Assembly: GCA_963841915.1 (NCBI GenBank)
Contig: CAWJEN010000005.1
Span: 928,001-992,000 of the forward strand
Origin: an uncultured Planctomycetota bacterium
GTDB lineage: Bacteria > Planctomycetota > Phycisphaerae > Tepidisphaerales > Tepidisphaeraceae
Direction: 5' to 3'
Length of the DNA: 64,000 nt
The stretch's first letter is position 1. Each line of letters opens with the position of its first letter. Below, one piece after another: positions 19,637 to 28,763 of the stretch. A model generated the notes under the pieces. The model had not been told where the DNA came from. It was given only the letters and a program-made list of their open reading frames with translations, and did no database searches. The position numbers and the translations under genes were made by a program.

Positions 19637-20836
19637 CTACAAGTCGTCTTCTACAAGGCGGATTGCCGTGACTGGGTGCTCGCTGCCCGGGTTGTCGACT
19701 TGATAGACATCGATCATGCCTTCTCCCTCAAGGCGAGTTATGCTCTCATACGAACGGCGGATGTCGAAGCCATCTTTGGCAAGGAAGCTCTTTACAAACC
19801 AAGAGATGCCAACAAAGCCGTTCTTCCGATGCATTCGCTCTTGCTGAGTCCGTAGACGATCGATGAGCACCTCGTCAGGGATGATATCGAAAACCTCATT
19901 GTTTCCAATCAGCGATTCCTGGATCGCTTCTCGTTCCTGCGGGGTGATGTTGATCTGAGGGGTTTTTGAATCTGCTTCTCGGATGATTGCTTTGATCTCC
20001 TCCGCTAGCTGCTCGCCTCGCTCTAAGTCGTCAGCCGTGAACAGATTACAGTGCGCTATCTTGTTCCTTAGCTTCTCAAATTCTTTCCACTTCTTGTCGA
20101 AGCCAGCATCTGCGAAAGACTCTTTAAAGAAACGCTGATAGTTAGTCTGCAATTCCGACTTGATCTGCCGAAGGGCTTCTGCAGTTTCTTCTGACTGGCG
20201 GATTCGGGAAACAATGTCTTCACGCGTTACGAATCCTGACGTCTGCGTGTGGACGATTTCTCCAAGTTCGCCAAAGTCGACAAGGTAGGCGTCCTGCGTC
20301 TTCTTGAGGAACTCTCCGAACACTGTTTCGTTCCCTTTCCGTCCCCTCGCTTTGCCAGCTACTTCTTTTCGAACCGTGATGTCCCACCATTCTGGACCTA
20401 CACGAGCGGATAGAAACTTAATCAAGTAGCCTCGAAGGAGGTTCTCGATTTGGTACAGATGGGGATACAGCTGACATGCCACATGTTCTGAGGCCTCATC
20501 CTTCACGACGTAGAGCAATTCGAAGTCCGCTTGCCGCTTCAAAAACTCGAGAAGCATGAGTCGTCGCCATTCAATCTCCTCGAATGCTCCGGATAATGAG
20601 ATGAAGAATGCTCGTCCGGCATCCTCATTGACCGAGTCATTTTCGACTTGAGTTGAGATGATTGCGAGCGTGGCAGAGCCATCAATGATTCTACAGTCGC
20701 TGTCTTGAACCACAGGTTCGCGCCATAAGTCGGAGTAGCCACGGAGTAAGTAGAGCAGGCTGCAGACGTCGCTCGAGCGCGTCTTGCCATTAGGATCGGC
20801 AGCGAGAAGCTCAAAGGTCAGCGATGGTGATACCAT
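19637..20836 (-). CDS. HEPN (Swt1-like) domain protein, putative RNase
   Basis: IENLLRGYL..GPEWWD..DFGELGEI..LRNKIAH (RxxxxH); visibly lower GC than flanks. Confidence 0.75.
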   Translation of the reverse strand: MVSPSLTFELLAADPNGKTRSSDVCSLLYLLRGYSDLWREPVVQDSDCRIIDGSATLAIISTQVENDSVNEDAGRAFFISLSGAFEEIEWRRLMLLEFLKRQADFELLYVVKDEASEHVACQLYPHLYQIENLLRGYLIKFLSARVGPEWWDITVRKEVAGKARGRKGNETVFGEFLKKTQDAYLVDFGELGEIVHTQTSGFVTREDIVSRIRQSEETAEALRQIKSELQTNYQRFFKESFADAGFDKKWKEFEKLRNKIAHCNLFTADDLERGEQLAEEIKAIIREADSKTPQINITPQEREAIQESLIGNNEVFDIIPDEVLIDRLRTQQERMHRKNGFVGISWFVKSFLAKDGFDIRRSYESITRLEGEGMIDVYQVDNPGSEHPVTAIRLVEDDL

Positions 20837-20863
20837 GCAGGCGTTTTAACAAGAACGGCACGC

Positions 20864-21979
20864 TCAATCCAGCCACTGCTTCTTCTTGAGCTTCGCCGGC
20901 ATGTACTCCTCCGTAATGAAGCTGAAGTCCTTGCTGCTGGCCGTTTCGAGTTCCATCTTCACGCCGCTCTTAAGCATCGCGGCGATCTCTTTTTGCCACG
21001 GCTTTTTGTTGGCGAACCAGGGGTAGGCGGCGATTTCCTTGAGCCGGTTGATGTCCTTGTCGTTGAGGTCGATCACGTTCGTGAAGCCGAACTCTTCGCG
21101 GTCGAAGGCACTCATGCCGATGAAGCGGGCCGACGGGATGGCCATGCGTTGGCTCTCGAAGGCGAGGTTGATCGAGCCCTGCTTGAGGACGCTGTAGATG
21201 TAGTAGCCCCACGGGTCGTTGTCGGCCAGGACGTAGACGGGGAGCTTGAGCTCCTTGTGCATGCGGTAGACCATCCGGCGGACGCCGCGCGGGGGCTGGC
21301 CGCCGCCGTGGATGATGGCGCAGTTGTACTTTTCCCAGAAACGGTCCTGGTTGAAGCGGTTCCAGACGGCACTCTTCTCGATGAGCAGGACGAACTTGGC
21401 GTCCGACTTCTTGAACTCGATGACGTTGGGCTCGACGATGGAGGGCACGCCCCAGCCGCCGGAGCCCATGCGCCCTAGGTCGATCGTGTCGCCGTTGTCG
21501 ACGATGGTCATCGGGCCGACCATGTTCCCCTTGTTCTCGGCGAACAGGCCCAGTTCCTCGCGAATCGAGCCGATGGTGACTTCGAGGTCCTCGATGATCG
21601 GGTCGGACTCGTCCTGGACGTCGAACGTGTTTTCCTTAGTCCCTTTGATGGTGTGCTTGCAGTGATAGAACATGTCACGGATCGAGGTCGTTTTGCCTTG
21701 ATCCGCCAGTTCCTTGCAGCCGCTGGCGACGAGCATGGTCTGCATGAACTTCTTGGCTTGGCCGAGGTTGAAGAAGTTCCGCCGCTGGGCCGCGTCGCCC
21801 ATCATGATGATCTTCTTTTTCTCGTCGAATGCGGCGTTGCTGAGCGACCGCGTCGGGATGTCGAAGCCGGGGTCTTCGCCGCGTTTGGCGTACTTGGCGA
21901 CATCGACGGCCATGCGTTCGAGCTTGTCGCTCGTGGTGCCGGTCTTTTTCTTGCGGGTGGCGGTGGGGGGTGGGCTCAT
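20864..21979 (-). CDS. top6A: DNA topoisomerase VI subunit A (Spo11 family)
   Basis: IRDMFY catalytic Tyr, QDESD..IEDLE, TOPRIM IEK and DNDPWG. Confidence 0.93.
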   Translation of the reverse strand: MSPPPTATRKKKTGTTSDKLERMAVDVAKYAKRGEDPGFDIPTRSLSNAAFDEKKKIIMMGDAAQRRNFFNLGQAKKFMQTMLVASGCKELADQGKTTSIRDMFYHCKHTIKGTKENTFDVQDESDPIIEDLEVTIGSIREELGLFAENKGNMVGPMTIVDNGDTIDLGRMGSGGWGVPSIVEPNVIEFKKSDAKFVLLIEKSAVWNRFNQDRFWEKYNCAIIHGGGQPPRGVRRMVYRMHKELKLPVYVLADNDPWGYYIYSVLKQGSINLAFESQRMAIPSARFIGMSAFDREEFGFTNVIDLNDKDINRLKEIAAYPWFANKKPWQKEIAAMLKSGVKMELETASSKDFSFITEEYMPAKLKKKQWLD

Positions 21980-22320
21980 GATGGTGCGTCCTTGCCTTGT
22001 TCTTGTTCCTGATACTGCTGTATGGCGTCGGCAAGTTCCTCAATGCGCTCTGCCGCTACGCGTTCGACGATCTGCATAGTGATCTTGAAATAGGCGTGTG
22101 CCAGCTCGTTTCGCATCCCGACGATCTGCCGCCAAGGGATAGTGGGCATGGCTTGTCGTGCTTCGTCGGGCAACCCACTTGCCGCCTCGCCGATGATCAT
22201 GATGTGGTAGATCAGCCACACCTCCCGAACCCGCGGCGGCAGTTCATCCGAGTCTCGGTAGAGCCGAATGGCTGCAATTGCCTTCAGAATGTCGGTTAGC
22301 CGTTTGCTGATCGTTCGCAT
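21976..22320 (-). CDS. HepT/DUF86 HEPN RNase toxin
   Basis: IIGEAA, IPWRQIVGMRNELAHAY (RX4HXY). Confidence 0.9.
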   Translation of the reverse strand: MRTISKRLTDILKAIAAIRLYRDSDELPPRVREVWLIYHIMIIGEAASGLPDEARQAMPTIPWRQIVGMRNELAHAYFKITMQIVERVAAERIEELADAIQQYQEQEQGKDAPS

Positions 22321-22334
22321 GATGAGCGATGGTT

Positions 22335-22655
22335 CTAGAGGTCAACGGCGTCCTCCAACACGCTTTGCAGCACATCGGCTTCGAGTCCTTCTTCCTGGCC
22401 GACGTCCACGCGAACGCCGAGAAGATCTTCCGTTTCAAGTCGAAATCCGACAAGATCAAGCAATGACGCGTCGTCTTCGAGGTTCACCAGCAGATCAAGA
22501 TCGCTGCTGTCACTTGCCTCGCCGCGAGCTACCGAACCGATGACGCGGATGTTCCTGGCCTTGTTCCTGCGGGCGATCTCGCAGATGGCACGTCTCTGAC
22601 TGCGGAGGCCATCAAGCGTCAGGAACCTTTGATTGTCGAGGGTGGCGGTAGCCAT
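22335..22655 (-). CDS. MntA-type minimal nucleotidyltransferase antitoxin
   Basis: GSVARGEASDSSDLDLLV (GSX10DXD), SLLDL..LLGVRVDV. Confidence 0.9.
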   Translation of the reverse strand: MATATLDNQRFLTLDGLRSQRRAICEIARRNKARNIRVIGSVARGEASDSSDLDLLVNLEDDASLLDLVGFRLETEDLLGVRVDVGQEEGLEADVLQSVLEDAVDL

Positions 22656-22670
22656 GACGTCGATTCTACC

Positions 22671-24593
22671 TCAGGCGGCGGCGTGTTGTTCCTGAACTTC
22701 GACGGCTTCGGTGACCTCGGGCTTGCCGTCGTCGCTGCCTTCGTCAACATCCTCCTCGACGCGGTCGATGACGACCACGTTGGCGTCGCCGTCGAGCTTG
22801 CCCGCCTTCTTGGCGGGCTTGATGAAGTTGCCCTCGTCGTCGAGTTGCCGGTCGGCGGTCTCGGTGCGGCTTTGGGCGACGTTGCGCAAATCTTCGAACA
22901 GCTTCTCCGGGTCGATGTCCGTCATTCGCCCGCAGGCGGCGACGACCTCACCGATGTACTTGGCGAAGACGTCGCGACGCTGGCCTTCGCGGGCAACGCG
23001 TTGTTTGCGCCGGATGTACGTGTTGAGCTTGCGGCCGCACTCCTTGATCGCCAGCGTGATCTCCTTGCGGATCTCGTCGTAGTCGGCGACGGCTTCCTTG
23101 CTCTCGCTCGTGAAGGGCACCCAGACGCTGGCCATGTGGACGAAGACGATCAGCGGTGCATCGGGCAGGCTGTTGCGCGGCTGGCTCATGCCGTAGTTGC
23201 GCCAGTTCGTCTGCACGACCGCCTTTGTGATGCTGCACGCGGCCGGCTGGTAAAGCAGCGGAACGCGGTTGGCGAAGCGGATGACCTTGGCTCCGTCGCC
23301 GGAGGTGATGTCGCCGCCGAACGCGATGCCGACTTCGATCTGGAACGGGTTGCCGCGGTAGACGGTGGGTTCGCGCGTCTCTGCCGTGTAGAACTCGGCT
23401 TTGATCTCCTTGAGCAGCCCTTTGAGAATCTGCTGCGGCCCGATCGGCACGAGGCAATCCGTCGGCGGATTCTGGATCTTCGTTTCGTTGATCGCGCTGT
23501 GGATCGCCTCGACTTGGCCGTGATCGAGCGTCGAGCAATAGCTCTGCATCGTGATGGTGCCGACCTTGGCCTTGCCGGCGATGTCGGTGATTTCTTTGGC
23601 CACCTTGTCGCTGACGCGGCTGAAGCTCTTTTGAAGGAAGTCGCCGAGCTTGCTGTGGTCGGTTTCCTTGAGCATCCGCATGAGCACGCCCAGCTCGACG
23701 CCGTACGGGTGCGGCTTGATCTCGTCGGGCGTGTCAGGCACTTCGTCGACCTCACGCGGGAAGACGCGGTGCTCGAGGTCGGGGGCGGTGTAGACGATTT
23801 TCGCGTGTGGATTCGCGATCGCCGTCTGCTCGAGGTACTCGTCGACGCTTGCCCGGCCGCGTTGGAACTTGCCTTCGAGGGTGATGCTGACGCTTGTGCC
23901 TTGGCGAACGTTTTCCCCGTCTTCTTCCCACTCGTCGAGCACGTCGTCGACCGTAATGTCAGGGCGGTTCTTTAGAGTGTCGATGGCCAACTCAAACCGG
24001 TGTGCTTTGGCCCGTGGGCCCGTTTTGCTGGTGATCTGAACCGGCTGTCCTGTCGTGAGCAGGCCGTACATGCCGGCGGCACTGATGCCGATGCCTTGCT
24101 GTCCGCGGCTCATGCGCAGGCGGTGGAACTTGCTGCCGTACAGCAGACGGCCAAACACGTTGGGCACCTGAGCCTTGACGATGCCTGGCCCGTTGTCACG
24201 CACGGTGACGCGGAACTTGCTGGCGTTGGTGAGTGACGGAACGATGTCGCCCTGTGTGTTGGCAGCTTCGTTCTCAGCCGCCAGCTCATCGGCTTCGGTC
24301 TGCTTCTTCGTCCGCTTGGCTTTCGCACCGCCATTGAGCGCCTCGATCGTGACGTGGATCTCGGGCAGAATGCCTGCCTCTTCACAGGCGTCCAGACAGT
24401 TGTCGACGGCTTCTTTGATCGTCGTCAGCAGGGCCTTACGCGGGTTGTCGAAGCCGAGCAGGTGGCGGTTCTTGGCGAAGAACTCGCTGACGGCGATCTC
24501 CTTCTGCTTCGTCGCCATCGACTCGGCAGTCGCATGGGTCTTGATCTTCTTGATCGGTGCAGTCGTGTCGCGGCTGTCAGTCTTCTTGGCCAT
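22671..24593 (-). CDS. top6B: DNA topoisomerase VI subunit B
   Basis: EFFAKNRHLLGFDN, EAVDNCLDAC, DNGPGI, RGQQGIGIS (GHKL ATPase), RFANRVPL, VPFTSESKEAV. Confidence 0.95.
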   Translation of the reverse strand: MAKKTDSRDTTAPIKKIKTHATAESMATKQKEIAVSEFFAKNRHLLGFDNPRKALLTTIKEAVDNCLDACEEAGILPEIHVTIEALNGGAKAKRTKKQTEADELAAENEAANTQGDIVPSLTNASKFRVTVRDNGPGIVKAQVPNVFGRLLYGSKFHRLRMSRGQQGIGISAAGMYGLLTTGQPVQITSKTGPRAKAHRFELAIDTLKNRPDITVDDVLDEWEEDGENVRQGTSVSITLEGKFQRGRASVDEYLEQTAIANPHAKIVYTAPDLEHRVFPREVDEVPDTPDEIKPHPYGVELGVLMRMLKETDHSKLGDFLQKSFSRVSDKVAKEITDIAGKAKVGTITMQSYCSTLDHGQVEAIHSAINETKIQNPPTDCLVPIGPQQILKGLLKEIKAEFYTAETREPTVYRGNPFQIEVGIAFGGDITSGDGAKVIRFANRVPLLYQPAACSITKAVVQTNWRNYGMSQPRNSLPDAPLIVFVHMASVWVPFTSESKEAVADYDEIRKEITLAIKECGRKLNTYIRRKQRVAREGQRRDVFAKYIGEVVAACGRMTDIDPEKLFEDLRNVAQSRTETADRQLDDEGNFIKPAKKAGKLDGDANVVVIDRVEEDVDEGSDDGKPEVTEAVEVQEQHAAA

Positions 24594-24780
24594 GATGGGT
24601 CGACGTCTTAAGGGCTTCCGTGCTCGGTCGTGTCGGCTTCGTGCCGTCGCTGATACGCCGGCCGTCTCGGCAGGATCGGCGAAACATGAGCGTCGCGTCC
24701 AATAACCGCAGCGGCTCGCGACAGATGTTAGTAGTGTGTTCGCATCGACGCAACCGCAACGCCAAGTCCGAACCTGCAGA

Positions 24781-24796
24781 TGGCACAGCCTTCGCA
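24781..24796 (+). promoter_or_regulatory. Putative sigma54 (-24/-12) promoter
   Basis: TGGCAC-AGCCT-TCGCA with GG-N10-GC spacing just upstream of the SRPBCC start. Confidence 0.4.
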
Positions 24797-24807
24797 GGTG
24801 GTAAGGC

Positions 24808-25563
24808 ATGGCACGCTACGACGTCGAGACGGACCCACGCTACCTGCTGCCCGAAGCCCCGCCAGAACAAGACTACTACCTCGTTGAAGACGACGACGAC
24901 AGCTACGGCAAGGAGGCGGCAGTCGGTCTCGTCGGCCTCGCCCTGGCTGGTGTCGGTGGATACCTTGCCTACCGCTACTACCTCGGCGGCCAAAGCCGAC
25001 CGCACAGCGGTGGCAGGGCGTACCAAGATCACGGCGTCGATCCAACCGCCCTCTACGACCGTGGCCTGCACCTTCACGAGGCCGTCACCATCAACCAGCC
25101 ACGGAGCGAGGTCTACGACTACTTCCGCGACTTCAAGAATCACCCGCACTTCATGGAGAACGTCGAGTCGGTTCGCGTCGAAGGAACCGGCGGCGTCGGC
25201 ACCAAAAGTTACTGGAACGCCAAGGGACCGGCCGGCACAAGCTTCGAGTACGAGGCAGAAACCATCGCCGACGAGAAGGACAAGACGATCTCCTGGCGGA
25301 CGGTGAGTGACACGGCCGTCCAGCACGCAGGTACCGCGTTGTTCCGCGATGCACCCGGCGGACGCGGGACCGAGGTCCACCTCGAGGTTCAGTACCTGCC
25401 ACCCGGCGGCCAGACGCTCGGCGGGTTCGGCCGTTCGCTGCTCGGGCTCGTCGGCCAGGATCCTGACCGCATGGTCCGTCGCGGTTTGCGAAATCTGCAG
25501 CGGCTGCTCGAAACGGGCGAGCTGCCGACGATCGCCGGCCAGTCCAGGGGCAACTGCAAGTAG
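24808..25563 (+). CDS. SRPBCC (cyclase/dehydrase) family protein
   Basis: VTINQPRSEVYDYFRDF..PHFM, ISWR, FRDAPGGRGTEV, LETGELPT. Confidence 0.85.
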   Translation: MARYDVETDPRYLLPEAPPEQDYYLVEDDDDSYGKEAAVGLVGLALAGVGGYLAYRYYLGGQSRPHSGGRAYQDHGVDPTALYDRGLHLHEAVTINQPRSEVYDYFRDFKNHPHFMENVESVRVEGTGGVGTKSYWNAKGPAGTSFEYEAETIADEKDKTISWRTVSDTAVQHAGTALFRDAPGGRGTEVHLEVQYLPPGGQTLGGFGRSLLGLVGQDPDRMVRRGLRNLQRLLETGELPTIAGQSRGNCK

Positions 25564-25614
25564 CGCCCTCCGCACCACCATGTCCCGCTCGATAACCACC
25601 TAAACCAAAGACTT

Positions 25615-26793
25615 ATGAAGGCTCTCACCTGGTGCGGCAAGCGCTCCGTCAACGTCGAAGATGTTCCCGACGCCAAACTCCTCAACCCGCGGGACTGCGT
25701 CATCAAGGTGACGACGACCTGCATCTGCGGTAGTGATTTGCACCTCTACGACGGGTACATCCCCCGCATGGAGAAGGGCGACATCCTCGGCCACGAGTTC
25801 ATGGGCACGGTCGAAGAGGTCGGCCCCGAGGCCAAGCAACGCCGTCCCGACCTCAACGTCGGCGATCGCGTCGTCATCCCGTTCACGATCGCATGCGGCA
25901 GCTGTTACTTCTGCCAGAACGAACTGTTCTCGTGCTGTGACAACTCCAACACGACGCCCGAAACGGCCCGCGAGCTATACGGCGCTGAGCCGTCTGGCCT
26001 GTTCGGTTACAGCCACATCCTCGGCGGTTATGCAGGCGGGCAGGCCGAGGCCGTGCGGGTACCGTTCGCCGATGTCGGACCGTTCAAGATCCCAGACGGC
26101 ATCACCGACGAACAGGCCGTCTTCCTGACCGACATTTTCCCGACCGGTTACCAGGCGGCTTACAACTGCGATCTGCAGGGCGGCGAAACGGTGGCGGTCT
26201 GGGGCTGTGGCCCCGTCGGTCAATTCGCCATCAAGTCTGCGTTCCTGCTCGGAGCCGAAAAGGTCATCGCCATCGACGACGTACCGGGCCGTCTCAAGCT
26301 CGCCGCCGAGGCGGGGGCGACGACGGTCGATTTCAGTGAGAATCAGGTGTACGAACGGCTGCAGGAACTCACCGGCGGGCGCGGGCCCGATGCCTGCATC
26401 GACGCGGTCGGCCTCGAAGCGCACGGCTTCGACATCGGTAACCTCTACGACCGCGCCAAGACGAGCCTCATGATGGCCACCGACCGTCCGGCCGTACTCC
26501 GGCAGGCGATCATGTCCTGCCGGAAGGCAGGCACCGTCAGCATTCCCGGCGTTTACGGCGGGCTGCTCGACAAGCTGCCCATGGGTGCCGCCTTCGCCAA
26601 GGGCTTGACCATGAAGATGGGCCAAACCCACGTCCACCGCTGGCTGCCCGAACTGCTGGGGCACATCGAGGAAGGCCGAATCGATCCGACGTGGATCATC
26701 AGCCACCGGATGCCGCTCGAGGAAGGGCCCAAGGGCTACGAGATGTTCGCTGACCACAAGAGCGAGTACACGAAGGTCATCCTGACGACTTAA
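25615..26793 (+). CDS. Zinc-dependent alcohol dehydrogenase (formaldehyde dehydrogenase-like)
   Basis: CGSDLH, GHEFMG, CGSCYFC..C structural Zn, GCGPVG Rossmann motif. Confidence 0.9.
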   Translation: MKALTWCGKRSVNVEDVPDAKLLNPRDCVIKVTTTCICGSDLHLYDGYIPRMEKGDILGHEFMGTVEEVGPEAKQRRPDLNVGDRVVIPFTIACGSCYFCQNELFSCCDNSNTTPETARELYGAEPSGLFGYSHILGGYAGGQAEAVRVPFADVGPFKIPDGITDEQAVFLTDIFPTGYQAAYNCDLQGGETVAVWGCGPVGQFAIKSAFLLGAEKVIAIDDVPGRLKLAAEAGATTVDFSENQVYERLQELTGGRGPDACIDAVGLEAHGFDIGNLYDRAKTSLMMATDRPAVLRQAIMSCRKAGTVSIPGVYGGLLDKLPMGAAFAKGLTMKMGQTHVHRWLPELLGHIEEGRIDPTWIISHRMPLEEGPKGYEMFADHKSEYTKVILTT

Positions 26794-26830
26794 CGGTTAG
26801 CCCGTGCAGCGACCCCGAGTTCTCACCGCC

Positions 26831-27202
26831 TTACCGCGTCGCGTGGCGTAGGACCTCGGTCTTGACGTTCTTGTCATCAACGAGCACGACGCTCGACTCG
26901 TGGTCGTGCAGCTCGTCGCGGTCGTAGTAGCAGAACGACAGCAAAATGACCTTGTGCCCAACGGCGGTCAGCCTCGCGGCCGCGCCTTTGACGCCGATGA
27001 CGCCGCTGCCGCGCTTACCGGGGATGACGTACGTTTCGAACCGGTTACCGTTGTCGCAGTCCGCGACGACGACGGCTTCGTTGACCAGAATGCCCGCCGC
27101 CTCCAGCAGGTCGGGGTCGACAGCGATGCTGCCGGGGTAGTCGATTTGAGTATCGGTCACGGTGACCTGGTGAATCTTGGCTTTGAGCAGCTTAGTCAAC
27201 AT
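26831..27202 (-). CDS. panD: Aspartate 1-decarboxylase
   Basis: KAKIH, YPG|SI autocleavage site, NGNRFETYVI, GAAAR. Confidence 0.93.
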   Translation of the reverse strand: MLTKLLKAKIHQVTVTDTQIDYPGSIAVDPDLLEAAGILVNEAVVVADCDNGNRFETYVIPGKRGSGVIGVKGAAARLTAVGHKVILLSFCYYDRDELHDHESSVVLVDDKNVKTEVLRHATR

Positions 27203-27264
27203 CGGAAGAGCACCTTAGGAGCGTCGAGCCGACCACTCGCGTAGCAGGCGTCGGTCGCCGTGTC

Positions 27265-28566
27265 TTACCGCTGCTCGACCGGCTTGACCTCGCGTTCGCC
27301 GGGGCCGGTGTAGACCTGACGCGGGCGATAGATCTTGCCCTTCTGATCGCGCGTCTCTTTCCACTGTGCGATCCAGCCCGGCATGCGGCCGAGCGCGAAG
27401 AGCACGGTGAACATGTCCGTCGGCACGCCCATCGCCCGCATGATGATGCCGCTGTAGAAGTCGACGTTGGGGTACAGGTTCCGGCTGACGAAGTAGTCGT
27501 CGGCTAGTGCAACCTCCTCGAGCCGCTTTGCGATCTTCAGTAGCGGGTCGTTGTCCTTGTTCATCGCCTTCAGCACCGCGTCGGCCTGGCCCTTGAGAAT
27601 GCGGGCACGCGGGTCGTAGTTCTTGTAGACCGGGTGACCGAACCCGAAGAGGCGGTACTTCTTCTCCTTGACGCCGGCGATGAAGCTGTCGGGATCGAGG
27701 CTGTCGTCGTCGTGGATCTCTTGAAGCTGGTTCATGATCTCCACGTTGGCCCCGCCGTGCAGCGGGCCCCAGAGGGCACAGACGGCCGCGGCGCAGCTGG
27801 CGAACAGGTTGCAATGGCTCGAGCCGACCATGCGGCAGGTGCTGGCCGAGCAATTCTGTTCGTGGTCGGCGTGGAGCAGGAAGATCAGGTCGAGTGCCTT
27901 GGCCGTCGTCGGATCGACGTTGCCGCCCGAGATGCTCATGCCGAGGAAGTTCGTCGTGTAGTCCTTGCCGGCGTCGGGCATGGGGTGTTCGTCGTTCCCG
28001 TCGCGGTGGCGGTAGATGGCGGCAGCGAGGGTGGCCGTCTTGCCGAGCAGCTTCGCCGCCGACGCGTCGAAGTGGTTCGTGTAATCGACCTCCATGACTT
28101 CCGGGTGGTAGCCGCAGAGCCCGTTGAGGCAGGCTGACAGCATGGCCATGGGCGAGGCGTCACGCGGGAAGCCGTCGAGAATCTTGAGCAGTCCTTCATC
28201 AACCTCCGAGTGCTCGCCGACGAGCTTCAGGAAACTGTCGTGCTCGCTCTGATTCGGCAGGTTGCCGTAGATGAGCAGGTAGGCCGTCTCGAGAAACCCG
28301 GATCTCTCGGCAAGCTGTTCGATCGGGTGGCCGCGGTAGCGGAGGACGCCTGCTTCGGGGTTGATGAAGGTGATGTCGCTCGTGCACGAGCCTGTATTGC
28401 GATAGCCGGGATCGAGGGTGATGTGCTTCGTGGCCGACCGCAGGGCAGTGATGTCGATGGCCTGCTCGCCCTCGGTGCCGATGTAAACCTTCATCTCCTG
28501 GCTGACGCCGCCTGCGAGCGAGAGCGTGGCGGGCTGGTCGGTGGTGGCGGCGTCGGATGGAGGCAT
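27265..28566 (-). CDS. gltA: Citrate synthase
   Basis: LHADHEQNCS, GPLHGGAN, GFGHPVYKNYDPR, YPNVDFYSG. Confidence 0.95.
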   Translation of the reverse strand: MPPSDAATTDQPATLSLAGGVSQEMKVYIGTEGEQAIDITALRSATKHITLDPGYRNTGSCTSDITFINPEAGVLRYRGHPIEQLAERSGFLETAYLLIYGNLPNQSEHDSFLKLVGEHSEVDEGLLKILDGFPRDASPMAMLSACLNGLCGYHPEVMEVDYTNHFDASAAKLLGKTATLAAAIYRHRDGNDEHPMPDAGKDYTTNFLGMSISGGNVDPTTAKALDLIFLLHADHEQNCSASTCRMVGSSHCNLFASCAAAVCALWGPLHGGANVEIMNQLQEIHDDDSLDPDSFIAGVKEKKYRLFGFGHPVYKNYDPRARILKGQADAVLKAMNKDNDPLLKIAKRLEEVALADDYFVSRNLYPNVDFYSGIIMRAMGVPTDMFTVLFALGRMPGWIAQWKETRDQKGKIYRPRQVYTGPGEREVKPVEQR

Positions 28567-28763
28567 GGCCGAACAATAGCGGCGATCTCGGCCGGTCGAG
28601 ACGCGACAACTCTCGCCCGGCCACGACGCTTTGGCGGGCCGGGCATTATCGGGCCTGTTCATGATGAGAAGCCCGAAGCGTGCCGATGTGTTGTCAGGTT
28701 GCCGATGCTAACGTGTCGCTGCGCCGCAACCCTTGCCGGTGACGCATGTCCAATCGCCGAGCC

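Noticed and set aside
22629..23975. Long + strand ORF (448 aa) opposite top6B
   Set aside because: Antisense shadow ORF; the same applies to similar ORFs opposite thiC, metG, uvrA and the GH13 gene
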